64,000 nucleotides of DNA from Eledone cirrhosa. Its lineage: Eukaryota. The notes below the pieces were generated by a model. The model was not told where the DNA came from. It ran no database searches and saw nothing but the letters and a program-made list of their open reading frames with translations. Numbering within the stretch: the stretch's first letter is position 1; every line of letters starts with the position of its first letter. The position numbers and the translations under genes are program-made. Location of the stretch: the NCBI GenBank assembly GCA_964016885.1, contig OZ024741.1, forward strand, positions 78,430,001-78,494,000, given 5' to 3'. Below, in pieces: positions 50,301 through 62,651 of this stretch.

Positions 50301-53215
50301 AGGCTTACAGGGACCAGGTCAACAATTTAGTTAAGAAAAAGTTGACAGGGGGAGTCGTCAACAATAGATGGTGGGGGGCTCTCAAAAAAGAGATTAGAGT
50401 AATGTCGATAGAGTTTAGCAAAGAAGTAGCATTAGAGAAAAATAGAAAGGAGGGGGAGTTGGTAGATAAGTTAGACGAGGCTATTTGTAGTGGCATTGTA
50501 ACAGACGTGCTAGCGGCGAGAATGGCATTAGACCATTTCTTCAATGCGAAACACGAAGGTTGCATTGTCAGAGCTAAGGCGCGTGCTCTGAGAAACGAGG
50601 GAACCAAAGCTGTTCGATGGGCCCGCGTGGCAGAGGCGCAGCGTGGAAATAAAATCACGATTCGGTCTTAGACGGACCGAAATGACCACAACCTGAGCGA
50701 TTCCGAGAGGATGTGTGAGGCCTTTCGCCAACATTTTGCTCGGTTGTTCGGGGGAAGTGGCGGGTCAGAGATGGTGGCGGACTTCAGTTCCTACCTCGAT
50801 GGCTTGCCACAACTCTCGACGGCTGACGCTGGGCACTGCGAAAGGCCAATTACTTCAGCCGAGATTCAGGATGTCCTTGTCGGCTGCATGAGGCGCAAGT
50901 CACCTGGTTTGGATGGTCTGCCCTACGAGCTTTACGTAAATATGACAGACTTGTTCTCCAATCTCCTCGAAGCTCTCTACTGCAACTGGCAGCAAAACGG
51001 GAGTATTCCCAGTTCTGTGAGCCGGGGCGTAGTGACGCTGATAAGGAAAGACGAGAACAAGAGGGACACATTAGACAATTTCAGGCCCATAACTCTGCTC
51101 AACACAGAGTTTAAGATTTTGGCCAGGGTGTTAGCGAAGAGGTTGGCGCTTGTCGTCGGGGATTTGGTTGACGAGGCGCAAACTTGCGCAATCCCAACCA
51201 GGTCCATACACGACAACCTCCACCTAATGCGATACATCATAGAGAGGATAGGGTGTAAACCTGGCTTCGGTGGGGCTCTGATCAATTTAGATCAATCGAA
51301 AGCATTCGATAGGGTCGACCATCGGTACCTGTAGGCTGTCCTCAAGGCGGCTGGCTTCGGCCCCGTCTTCAGAAGCTGAATCACTGCAATGCACAGCGGC
51401 ACCTGCTCGATGGTCAAAATTAATGGCCACCTCTCGGAACCGTTTCAGGTCTCCCGATCGGTCCGTCAAGGGTGCCCTCTCTCCTCCCTTCTGTACGTAT
51501 TGACTCTCGAGCCTTTACTGCGGAAGCTGAAGCTGTTGCAGGGCATCCCGCTCGAACCGGGACGCGGAAAGGTTGTGTCGGCTTATGCAGACGACATCAC
51601 CGTGATGGTGTCGGACACCTCAGAAATCGAGGTGGTCGGCAACTTATTGGAGGAATATGAAAGGTTGACGGGAGCAAAACTTAACCCGGAAAAATCAGTG
51701 GGCTTGCAACTCGGCACCTGGAGAGGCAAGTCCATGCCGTCCAACAGCGTCGTTAGGCACTGGACGGACGGACCGGTAAAGTTGCTAGGAGTTTGGTTCG
51801 GGCCAGACCTCCAGGTGGATAAGAATTGGGACGAGGTGACGGGCAGGGTAGCCAGTCTCACCCAGAAATGGGATGAAGCTATCACTGAAAGGTCGGGCGG
51901 AGGTGGCGAACGCGTACATCGCGTCCGTCATCTACTACCGTCTGCCTGTCGTCCCTTGCCCCCGTTCGCGTCACGCCATCTTGGAGCGGCTCCTCTTCAA
52001 ATTCTTGTGGAGGGGTCAGGTTCCGCTGGTGAGGCGGTCCATCTGCTGCCAGCACCCCCTACGTGGAGGGCTGGGCATGCCGTGGCTAATGATGCACAGG
52101 CACACGCTGAGGCTGCGGCATCTCCAGATATTCTGCCTAAACGGTGAACAGGTGTGGTCGCTGTTTGTCAGACGGGCCTTTCCGCAGCTCGTTTCTTTGA
52201 CTGAGTTGCAGTCCTGGGTCAAGAAGAGACCGAGACTGGGTGACTGGCATCTAGAATGTTGCCAGGCACTCACTGCCCTCTACCAGGCGGGCAATGCGGT
52301 CAGTGGAACTTCCACTCTCGCGTTCTATAGAGGATTAGTGGTGGGCAAGTGCGACGATGCACTCGGAGAGGCTCTGGGAGTCAACGAAGTCGAACTAACC
52401 AGTCTGTACCGGAGGACTTTCGAGCCGGGGACGATGGATAATTTCCCAAAACCCCTCGCTTGGCAGTGCTACCGGGGGGCACTGCCGGTTCGAGATAAAC
52501 TCTACAGGCAGGGAAGTGCTGTCAGACGGCCATGCCCGAGATGCGCGCAGAGCGACGAAACTGTTCTGCACGCACTCGTCCAGTGTCCGTGCATTACTGA
52601 CTTGTGGAGTTATGTTGAACAGCTGTTGTCACGTGTAGAACGGATCCAGCCGAGTCCATAGTGAAGATCGACCCGCCGCCTTCTTTTGGCCAGGAAGGGC
52701 AGGCAATTTTCCTCTGTCTGGTGGCAGTAGCGAAAGAGATTGTATGGTGGACGAGGTTGAAAGGACTAAAGACAGACACTTTTCTCTTCAGCCAATCCCT
52801 CATCAACTTTTTCAAGTTTCACTTGGAAAGGAAGGTGAGGGTGGAGAGAGAAGTGCTGCCCCCCAGTACATTTGCTGAAAGGTGGGTGAATGTGGTGAGA
52901 ATGGCCCGTGTGAGTGGGCCTATTCTGGTCATGCGGCTGTAGGTAGGTAAATTTGAAGAGGAGAGGGGTGCCCTTCCAGGGTGCTCTCGAAGCGTTGGGT
53001 CGTTCAGGACTGGTAGGGTACCTGAGCGAACCCTAGGTGGTCATCCCCCCTATTGGGGAATTTTTTCTTGTTGTAATTTTCTTGTTACTTTATTGTTACT
53101 TTGTTATTGTTACTTTGTTTATTCATATTGTTTATTCGATTTTTCTGTAAAACCCCACTGTCCCAGTCTTTTGTATTGTCCCCTATATGTTAACCCTTGT
53201 GGAAAATAAATGAAA

Positions 53216-53217
<2 letters not shown>
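47314..53217 (+). mobile_element. Full-length Tx1/L1-clade LINE, disrupted
   Basis: ORF1 from 47518 (Asn-rich N-terminus, CFVCGEKTHLRAFC knuckle, stop at 49468). ORF2 49533-52942: APE (LNVRGL, SET, YAP, GDWN, IDR, SDH), RT (KSPGLDG, DQSKAFD, QGCPLS, YADD) and CPRC..H....C. AATAAA near the end; (ATT)n both sides. Confidence 0.95.
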
Positions 53218-53253
<36 letters not shown>

Positions 53254-53256
53254 GTT

Positions 53257-53934
53257 CTTTGAGTCTCAGTCATTGATGTTAGTTAACTGGAAAGTTTGTT
53301 GAAATGAATATCAAGCCACTACCTGCAGCCTCAGATATTCAGGATGTATCGGAGAGTTCTTGCTGTTCTCAGCAAGCATGCCTTTTGAAGTGTTCCAAAA
53401 AGCGGGGCGGGGCCAATTTTCTTTAACCATCCCTGGAAACTTTTTGAGATAGTACCTAGTGCGCCTATGACAATCGGGGCCACTTTGACTTCATGGCATA
53501 GTTCCAAATCCTTTTTACCTCCAACTTTAAGTCTTGGTATCAGTTAATTTTCTCCCTCTCCTTCTCTTGTACTCTAGTGTCGAATGGGCAGGCCACATCC
53601 ACAATCAGGCACGATCTTTTTTCTTTGTCCAAAACCACCAGGTCAGGTCTATTGTGTTCCAGTTTCTTGTCTGTCTGTATCCTAAAATCCCACAGCACCT
53701 TCACCTGATCGTTTTCTATCACCGACTCTGGCTTATGCTCATACCACTTCTCAGAATGTGGTAAATTGTTTACTTTGCATAGGTGCCAGTGGATCACCCT
53801 GCCCATCACATCATGTCTCCAGCCTTTATAGTGAGTCTGGGCTAGGTGTTTACACTCGGATACAATGTGAGCCACAGTCTCCTCTCTCTCTCCACAGATC
53901 CTACACAGTGGGCTAGCCTCCTCCTTGTAAATAT
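53257..53934 (-). mobile_element. 5'-truncated copy of the Dong family at 7681-11247
   Basis: Near-identical reverse complement of ~10572-11247; (ATT)n on both sides. Confidence 0.95.
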
Positions 53935-53949
53935 TATTATTATTATTAT

Positions 53950-54475
53950 TTTGTCCTCCCTCAGGATTTATCTCAATTCCTGGTTTAGTTAAAATAGTGG
54001 ATCACATCCAGTGATCTTTGGTACTATGATGGTTCTTTCTTTTTGGTTTGTATTCAATACCTTTCATATTATTGTAGCTGTTCCAAGCAACCAACCAAGA
54101 GTTCCATAACATTTCCATTGTAAGATTCAATTTATCAAAATTCTTTGTGATGCCCACTGGTATCACTTCTACCTTTTTCCTCTCCCATATTCTTCAAATT
54201 TCATATTTCAGGGGGTCATAATTTGTGCACTGTTTTCTTCTCTTTCTTCTAATGATACGAGTATGGAATGGACAAGTTGGGTCTATTAACTGACACATTT
54301 TGTTTTTCTTTATGATTACAGTGATGTCTGGTCTATTATGATCTAGATGTGTATGGGTAAATCCCATAAAATCTTGCAGACTTGAGACTTAAATACTTTC
54401 TCTGGTTGATGCTTGTACCATATGTTTCCAGTGGATTACTCTGGCTACATTGTCATGACTCACCTTCTTATATGA
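53950..54475 (-). pseudogene. Older, diverged Dong/R4 3' fragment
   Basis: Minus strand HDNVARVIHWK, HNRPDITVI, IDPTCPF and LLGTATI remnants. Confidence 0.75.
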
Positions 54476-54488
54476 ATTTGTATGTGTA

Positions 54489-54532
<44 letters not shown>

Positions 54533-54730
54533 ACTCACTCTTTTTATATATATATATGTGTGTATATATATATGTGTCTGTGTGTGTGTATACCGAAACA
54601 ACAATAGAATGACTGTTTGGCAACATAGCTGCGTTGTTCTTCCTGTCATTTGAAAATTATGATAAATACATCGAATTATACATGAAACTTAATACAGATC
54701 TCTTTTTCTCTCCTTCCCATATTCACTCAC

Positions 54731-54847
54731 TTTGTATTGTGGCTAATTGCTTCTGAAGTCCCTACATCAACAATTTCTTCCATTGGTAAATCCACATCTG
54801 ATCCAATGATAAGAATTAGATTTAATCCATGAGTACATTGGCCATCT
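54731..54847 (-). CDS. Putative internal exon (117 nt) of an unidentified gene or pseudogene
   Basis: ATATACAG acceptor and GTGAGT donor, with one open frame DGQCTHGLNLILIIGSDVDLPMEEIVDVGTSEAISHNT. Other exon-like pieces lie at ~55128-55567. Confidence 0.45.
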
Positions 54848-56160
54848 CTGTATATCCAATACAGGTATCAGTATACAAGTTTTTGAATAAGACTACCCTT
54901 CTATCATTATTACATTCATTGACTTTGCCTTTCATCCTTACACGGTCGATAAAATAAAGTACCAGTAATGCACTGGGTAATTGCTGGCCTAACGTAGAAA
55001 CAATTATTACATTCATTAACAGTCAACTTTCTGAAGGGGAAGTAAATATAACAACTTTCTCCCAGGATGTGAAACCTTAACTTTAGATTCCCTCATGATT
55101 TTTTTCAAGTATGTGTCATCATTTTACCATATTGTGCTATTTTGTTATGCTGGATTTTCACAAAAGAAAATATTTTGTTGGGGATTCTTCTAATTCCAGG
55201 CCTGTATTTAGAAACGATTAAAAACACTTCAGTCACTTTCTTCCTTAGCTGTCAAAACCAATAAAGATATAAACTCCAGTTCAAATAACATATAACTGAG
55301 TGCGATTTTGCTCCAGCAGTCAATCAGATGACTACTACACTGAACATGTCTACAACAGCTTGCCTGCCAGTCTCTGAATTTGCCAGGTAAAAAGTTTCTC
55401 TCCTTGCTAAATGATGGTCCAGCTTGAATAAACAAAAACAACATAATACATACCATGCATATACATATAACATGTAATTTCAATACCACAAGCTCCAACT
55501 TCTCTTCATTGCCAACCCTCTCATTCAAACTAGTTTCATATATAGGTACAAAATTATTGGTAAAACTAGGGAACATTGATCTTTTGTATTGACAGTTATG
55601 AATTTTATATATGGAAGGATATTACAGATATAATCAAGATTGTAAATACATTCACGTCGGGAATGTGAAAATGAAATTAAAATAAAAAGAAATAGAAAAA
55701 GACCAAAAGAGATTACTTAAATACTTCCATTCTATTAATACTGTCCTTATTGAAATACAATTGAAATTATAAATACTTTCGCTGTGGAAATGTGGAAATG
55801 AAATTAAAAGAAAAATTTCCTCATTCTTTGAATACTCTAATTATTGAATACAAAGAATTATATCTCTTATTTTTATATTGTAGAGATTGTGTGGTTTGAT
55901 ATTTGAACAAAATTAATCATTGTTATAAACCTAACTGAATTTTTGATAATTTGCAATGAATTTTGCAGACAAATGGAAAATGTGACCTTTCTTCTGGCAT
56001 GTCCAATAGTTGTGCAAAATGGAAAAGTGGCTACAATCATTTAAATATCATTATTGGAAGAAGGATTTATATACAAACAGCATTGGTGTTCAATGAAAGT
56101 TTAAGGGATTTTTTAATGGATGCTGTCAATTGCAGAATTTTCAGTTAAAAATGTTCATAA

Positions 56161-56594
56161 CCCTTTAGCATTCACATTACTCTATATTTACTATTGTATT
56201 TTCAAAGAAAAGGGTTTATTTCACCTAATTATCTCAGATAATATTGAAAATACGGGATTTTGATATTAATTATTTTGAGAACAATACCTTAACCTTTTAG
56301 AATCTACCTTACTCTATATTTACTATTGTATTTTCATGGTAAAGGCTTTATCTCACACGATATCGAATCTATGAGATTTTGATATATTTTTATTTTGAGA
56401 ACAATACCTTAAAGTTACTCTGAGCGGCCAGTTATGGCCGGTTTGAACAGAAAGAGGTGAGAGAATTCTGGCTGGATAAGGCCGGTTTAAATGCTAAAGG
56501 ATTAACGCTGGTATGAGTAGTCGATTATGACTAGTTTGAACAGAAAGAGGTGTGAGAATTCTGGCCGGATATGGCCGGTTTAAATGCTAATGGG
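56161..56594. mobile_element. piggyBac-like MITE with duplicated or nested ends
   Basis: (A)TAA-CCCTTTAGCATT at 56161 and TTAA-CCTTTTAGAAT at ~56293. Complementary ends AATGCTAAAGGA-TTAA at ~56500 and AATGCTAATGGG at ~56593. Confidence 0.6.
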
Positions 56595-58421
56595 TTTCAA
56601 AGCTTGTAGTCTTAAGTATCATTGAACCAGTAGAAGGACTGTTATATTAGGTCAGTTCAGTTGTCTGTACAAAAAGCCAATGGTTCTATAAAGATTTATG
56701 TGACAAGCAAATTAGGCCATTATTCATCATAGGTACTATGATGGAAAAATATCTATCAAATATGAAATAATAAAGGGCTGTTACTAAATGCCACAAATCA
56801 TTTTGTCTGATGTTCTAACAATTCTGCCTGTCCATCACCCTTAATGGTTTCTAATTTAGGCACAAAGCCTGCTGCAATTTTAGTGAAGAGGAAAATCAAT
56901 TAAATTGATTCCAGGACTTGACTGGTATTTCATTTTATCTACTCAGAAAGATAAAAGACAAAATTGACCACAGCTGAATTTGAACTCAGTGTTGTAACTA
57001 AATGCCACAAAGCCTTTTACCTGATGCTCTAATGTTTCTGCCACTCCATTGCCCTAGGGGAAACAAGAGTAATGGTAGTGAATCTGACAAAAATCAACTT
57101 TAGCGGCTCACGTTACTGAGGCATTAGGTGCTGCATGTAATTAGGTGCTTATTGTCGTGGCTCCAGGATGACCACTTTAGAGTGTGGATTGAGGACTTGA
57201 GTGGGGGGGGGGGGAGATGCATAGGGAATTGGGGAAGTAGATATAGGGGTGACATGATTATAGTGAGGGATGAGTGTATACTAGATGTATGCCTCAGCTC
57301 CTGCATATGGGAGGGCAGGTCTTCTGTATTACTGCATAGCACCAGAGATCAGGGTCCTGTGCAAGGTCAGCTTTTCGTTACCCATAATGGTCATAAACCG
57401 AAACTATTTTTCCCATTCAAAATATTGAGAGAGAAATACAGTGAGAGAAAGAGGGAAACTGTGTGTGAAAGACAGATAGATATCACCATAGTAACTAACT
57501 ACACAGCAAGTGATGCTTTACTACCAATGCTCTCAGCTTGTCGCCAACTGTTGTTGCTGGCTTGCACTCAAGATACCATTCGTCATGCACTCAAGATACC
57601 ATTCGTCAACTGAGACATTTTATGTTCGGAAAAATTGTTCATGGACTGATTTGTTCATGATGAAAGCATTTGTGAACTCTATTAGGAAGGGCATGCAGCC
57701 ATAGAAAGCTTGCCAAACAAAGAGTTAGGAGAACCTTTCAGTTGTGTTAAGGACAGGACAGCCTCCCTAGTGTTGGTGATCTACATGATAACTACACCCA
57801 GTGCACTCTGTAAAGTGGTTGGTGATAGGAAGGGCATCCAGCTGTAGAAAGCTTGCCAAACAAAAGGTTGGGAGGTCCCTTCAGTTATGTCAAAGGCAGC
57901 ACAACTTCTCTTCTGCTGGTGCACTCTGTAGAATGTGATACCATACGTAAACAAGATAACAGATCCCTGGCCTGTCTGGTAAGTCAGAAGCCCCACTTCA
58001 GTACTAACTTGGTCTATGAAGACACATTCAACCCTTGTTAGCAGGAAAGTGGACGTTAAATAATGACGATTATATTGTGAGGTTTGATATTTGAATAAAA
58101 TTATTGTAGTTAGAAAAAGCTATCTCACTTACCGCTTTTCACAGGCGCCGCTAAATTCCACTGCAGGTACTCCTCTTCTACGTGCGTCCGACTGCTTAAC
58201 ACCGGGAGCTGCCCAAAACTCGCGTCCACACCGTGTGCTGGTCACCACTAGAGAGAGGCCCTCTGCTGGCCCTTCCGGTCGAGCATCCTTCCGGCCAAAA
58301 ACCCCTTCCGGTCGAGCACTCCCCCCGCCTCCGGCCACCGCACGCCACACCATACCCACACGCCCCCCTGATCTCAAGGATCAATTTCCCCCTCGTCTCT
58401 CTGCATGTGGAAGTCTGCTGT

Positions 58422-61258
58422 CTAGGTTGGTGGTCTACGACATCGTTGCGATCTCCGTAGTATTGGGGCAGGGCTCTGAGTTTCCACCTCATCTTGGGTT
58501 TCCTCTTCCTCGGAGTCCGTCGACACAGTGACTCTTCTTACATCCAGGACATGACGTGGTACCCCGTCCACGGACACATTGTTCTTTGAATTTACGGCCG
58601 TCACTGTTCCCCTTCCCCATTGAGATGTGCAACGTGCATCTGGGGGCTTAACCCAGACTTCTTCGTCCACCTGCACGAATGCACTCTCTCTCCCCACTGG
58701 CCGTTGTGGTGGCGTGCACGGGTGCCGCCACTCGTATTTGAATATTGCTCTATGTGGCACCGATTCCTCGACCTGTCCAACCCGAGGGGACATATTGTAC
58801 CAGAACACTGCCTCCATTGGTGAGATATGGCCCCGCTCCGCCATTGCCTTGATCGTCCGGTGGTGTCGCTCCACGATTCCATTCCCGCTCGGCCTGTGCG
58901 CCGCTCTGAAGAAACGGTCCACCTTCCATCCATCGAGCATCTCCCTCAGTGCCTCCGAGCGGAACGCTGCGCTGTTGTCCATCAGCAGTTCATCCACAGG
59001 GCCCCGCTCCAAGAACACCTCTCTCAACGTCCGCACGATTTCCTCGGCCGTTCCAGTCTTCATCTCCCTCCATATCGCCATTCGACCTGGTCCACAGTCG
59101 ACCATCGAGAGGTACGTTCCCTGCCGGTAGTGCGTCACATTCACCGCTTATCACTTCCAGTCGCGATCCACCGGGAGGCTTCCCGTTTCGTGTACACCCG
59201 GGGCGGGATCAATGGACTGACATCGGACGCAGCCTCTAACCACCCCCCGAACACTGTGTCTGCTAACGTCCGAGTCGATTCTCCTGGCTAGGAACAGGCT
59301 CCTATCCACCCCCATGTGGTGCATGTCATGCAACCCCTTCAGGTCTAACTCGGTCAGCCGACACACGGCAGCTATCTCATCCTCTACCTCCTCCGGCGCT
59401 TCCATCCAGGCTTTCTTCACTCTAGTTAAGATGTCCGCCCTATTTTTCTCTGAGGGCACGAACACTACGCTCAGCTTCAGGTCGAACTCGGTGGCCAGCT
59501 CTCCTAACGTTCCCAGGCGGCGCTTTATCAGCATCTCCGCCGCGCCTCTCGTTCGCACTCTCTTCTCACTGGTGAGCACTGATCTTACCCATCCGAGTAC
59601 AGTAGCCAAGTCGGTGCGTATCTCGATGGTGCGCAGCCCCCACCGCAGGGCGAGGTTCACCCCTCTCAACACCGTGTCCAGCTCGGCCACATTGATGTGG
59701 CTGCAGTCGTCCTTCTTTCTAAGTTTCTAAGCCAGGCTGCATCCTCGACCTCAACACCTCCTATCTCCAACGTGACACCCAGCGCTATGCTGCTGGCATC
59801 GCACCATACGGTCCCGCTCTGTGATTTGGGAACGTACCAGCGTCCCCGCACTGGGTCGTCGGCCTTCACCCTCCCCACGTTCTCCTGCATCATGGCCACC
59901 GTTCTCTCTCACACTCTGTCACTCCAAGTCACCCCTCCCGCTCGTCTCTTGACATAGCTGCATGCCGTCCGGAGCCACCCAGCGATCGGGTAGTGACCCA
60001 CCAACTTTCCACACACCGAGAAAAGCTCCCGCTTATTCATACTTGGGCCCAGTTCCAGAACTTCGTTTCCCCTCTGGAACACCAAAACGCCCGTCTTATC
60101 TCGCCGTAGCCTAAGTCCCAGCGCGGCTCCTCCCTCCAATGCTTCTGACGGTTTCGCAGCCAGTCCATACCCCTGTAAATGGCTCTTGACCTCTGCCGCC
60201 GACACCACCGACTCGTCCACTAGGATGTCGTCAATATAGGAGTTAGTAGCCCTCTTAATCTTGTCGGCCATCCCCAGAGCAGTCTTGAGGACCGCCGCCA
60301 TGATCTTCGGTGCGGAGCTCAGCCCGAAACCAAGCCTGGTCAGGCAATATGTCCGGCCCTTATACCTGACCAGCTGATACCGCCAGAGCTTCTCATCTAT
60401 ATGCAACTGCAAGTAAGCCGACTTTAGATCCACGATCGCTGAACCCCCCGTCATGCGTCTCCACTCACGCAGGGTTTCCCCACAGACATCCGTGACCTCG
60501 CCACCCATGTGGCATGACACGTGCTCGTTCAGCTCCCGATAGTCTAGCACCGGCCTCACCTTGCTCTTCGTGGGTTGCACCACCGCCATCAACGGCAATA
60601 CTCTGCACTTCACCTCCTCCTTCCAGGGAAGCAGTATGCCCTCTTCGATCCATCTCTCTACTTCTCGCTCGAACTCGCTCCTAGCGTTTCCCTTCAATGT
60701 GTGTTGATAGCAGCCCACTTTGGTCTTCAGCGTTGGTGGTTCTCCCTTCCAGTACCACTCAACAACCCATCGCTGCCCATCAAACACGGCTTTGAAGTCT
60801 TTGTCCTGTACAGTGTAAGCGGGGTATTCCTCCTCGTGGGCCTTCTGGTTCTCATGACGTGCACTCACAGCTCATACTGATGCAGCGGCGCCAAACGACA
60901 CACCGACATTGTTCACCGTGACACCCCCTAGACGGCCAATCGCGTCCATGCCCATAACCACGCCGATCCCATCCACCACACTGTCTACCACGATGGTGGA
61001 AAGCCTTATCGTCCTTCCCCGTACCGCTATTTCCATCTCGCTGTGACCTCGGCATTCAATTTTCCTGCCGTCAACTGCCCTTACGCTGCTCTTCCCTCCC
61101 CACCTCTGCGCCACCCCTGCGGTCACCAGTGTCGTCGTACAGCCCGTATCCACGATGGCTCGCTGTGGCTTCCCCCTCACGAAGACTTCCACCATGGGCA
61201 GCGCCGCTACTCGTAAGGGGCAACTACTGGCGCAGTAGTTCCCCTTGGATCGTTTCCC
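58422..61258 (-). pseudogene. pol (PR-RT-RH-IN) with premature stops and a frameshift
   Basis: ORFs 60872-61195, 59909-60868, 59666-59899, 59151-59690 and 58422-59144. In-frame TGA stops at the junctions and a frameshift near 59720. Confidence 0.9.
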
Positions 61259-61968
61259 TGGTCGCAGTTAGTAGCGATGTGGCCTGGTCGCTTACACCGG
61301 TAGCAAATTATCTCCGGCTTCGACTCTCTACAGTCTCTAGCCATATGCGGGCCCTGGCACCTAAAACAGCGCCCCCTAAACTCGCGCGGACGGCCGTGTG
61401 CCGAGGTTGCCTCCCTTTCACCATTTCGCTGCCAGGTGTCGTGAGCCTCCGTAGTCGCTATCGCCGCAACCCTCTTTTTGGCATCTTCCGCTATGATCCG
61501 GGCTTGTTCCACCAGTGAACGCATTTCCATCTCTTTATACCCCGGGACTTGCTGCAGTTTCACCGCTATGTCGTCCGGAAATCCATTGATGAACGCCAAC
61601 CGCACCGTGCGTTCGCATTCCGCCTGGTAACCGGCCAACATAGCCAACCGCCTTATTTCCGCTGCGAAAATGTCGACGCGCTCACCATTCCACCTGATTC
61701 TCGCCAGCTTAGCAAAAGCCGCCAACGGTCCCTCGGCGAATGCATCCATCAGACGCCTCTCAATCTTCTGCACATCTCTTTGGCTGTGCTCGTCCAACTC
61801 AAGGAAGAGTACCAGCGCATCGCCCTCGAGGTACAATGCCATGAGGCCGGCCACGTCTTCTATCTTCTGCAAGCTTGCGACCAGCCGAACCTTCTGCAGC
61901 CAAGCGACAACATCACCTTCCCCGGTGAATGCCCTGATAGCTTCGTTCCTCCGTAGTCTTGTCGCCAT
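61207..61968 (-). CDS. Gag with two CCHC zinc knuckles, intact
   Basis: CFRCQGPHMARDC and CYRCKRPGHIATNC; ATG ~60 nt after the 5' LTR. Confidence 0.9.
   Translation of the reverse strand: MATRLRRNEAIRAFTGEGDVVAWLQKVRLVASLQKIEDVAGLMALYLEGDALVLFLELDEHSQRDVQKIERRLMDAFAEGPLAAFAKLARIRWNGERVDIFAAEIRRLAMLAGYQAECERTVRLAFINGFPDDIAVKLQQVPGYKEMEMRSLVEQARIIAEDAKKRVAAIATTEAHDTWQRNGEREATSAHGRPREFRGRCFRCQGPHMARDCRESKPEIICYRCKRPGHIATNCDQGNDPRGTTAPVVAPYE
61215..61258 (-). promoter_or_regulatory. -1 programmed ribosomal frameshift signal (gag-pol)
   Basis: G GGA AAC heptamer, 5-nt spacer, then hairpin AAGGGGAACTACTG-CGC-CAGTAGTT(G)CCCCTT. The -1 frame is open into the protease. Confidence 0.85.
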
Positions 61969-62651
61969 CTTCTGATTTGTTTTGCGGCGTTTTCTATTTT
62001 TTTTTTTTTTTCAGTCGCCGAAATAGCTTGTAGTTAGAAAAAGCTATCTCACTTACCGCTTTTCACAGGCGCCGCTAAATTCCACTGCAGGTACTCCTCT
62101 TCCACGTGCGTCCGACTGCTTAACACCGGGAGCTGCCCAAAACTCGCGTCCACACCGTGTGCTGGTCACCACTAGAGAGAGGCCCTCTGCTGGCCCTTCC
62201 GGTCGAGCATCCTTCCGGCCAAAAACCCCTTCCGGTCGAGCACTCAAAAACCCCTTTCGGTCGAGCACTCCCCCCGCCTCTAGCCACCGCACGCCACACC
62301 ATACCCACAATTATCATGGTTATAAACTTCATTGTGTATGAAGAGGTTTTGAGAGAAAACAATTTTAAGAGTGTATGCTTTTTTTTTTAATTGAAAACTA
62401 TCATTGTGTGTGGGGGTGGGTGGGTGAAAAAGAGGCAGAAGGTATGTGCATGTGTGTGTCAGAAAGAGAGGGGGGGGCAGAGAGTGGGGGCAGAGAGAGT
62501 AGAGAGACAGAGAGAGGGGGCAGAGAGAGGGGGCAGAGAGAGGGGGCAGAGAGAGGTGGGGTAGAGAGAGAAGAGAGACAGAGAGAGAGAGAGGGAAAAG
62601 AGAGTTTTTTTTTCTGTTTACAGGGTGTTTATATATCTACACAGTTAACGT

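Larger units (their letters stand above)
58105..62309 (-). mobile_element. Compact Ty3/Gypsy-type LTR retrotransposon (4.2 kb), defective, 5-bp TSD ATTAT
   Basis: LTRs at 62029-62309 and 58105-58360 (TG..CA); TSD at 58100-04 and 62310-14; PPT AGATCAGGGGGGCG. gag (two CCHC), protease (IVDTGC), RT (DLKSAY, FGLSSAP, YIDD), RNase H (WCDAS) and integrase (HHCC, MDN, GIVER) in Gypsy order. Confidence 0.95.

Noticed and set aside
32700-56150. Naming the exon-like peptides (passing resemblance to GREB1-like or M1AP sequences from memory)
   Set aside because: Similarities are short and weak, fit more than one protein, and splice phases do not join. No gene symbol is justified without a search.
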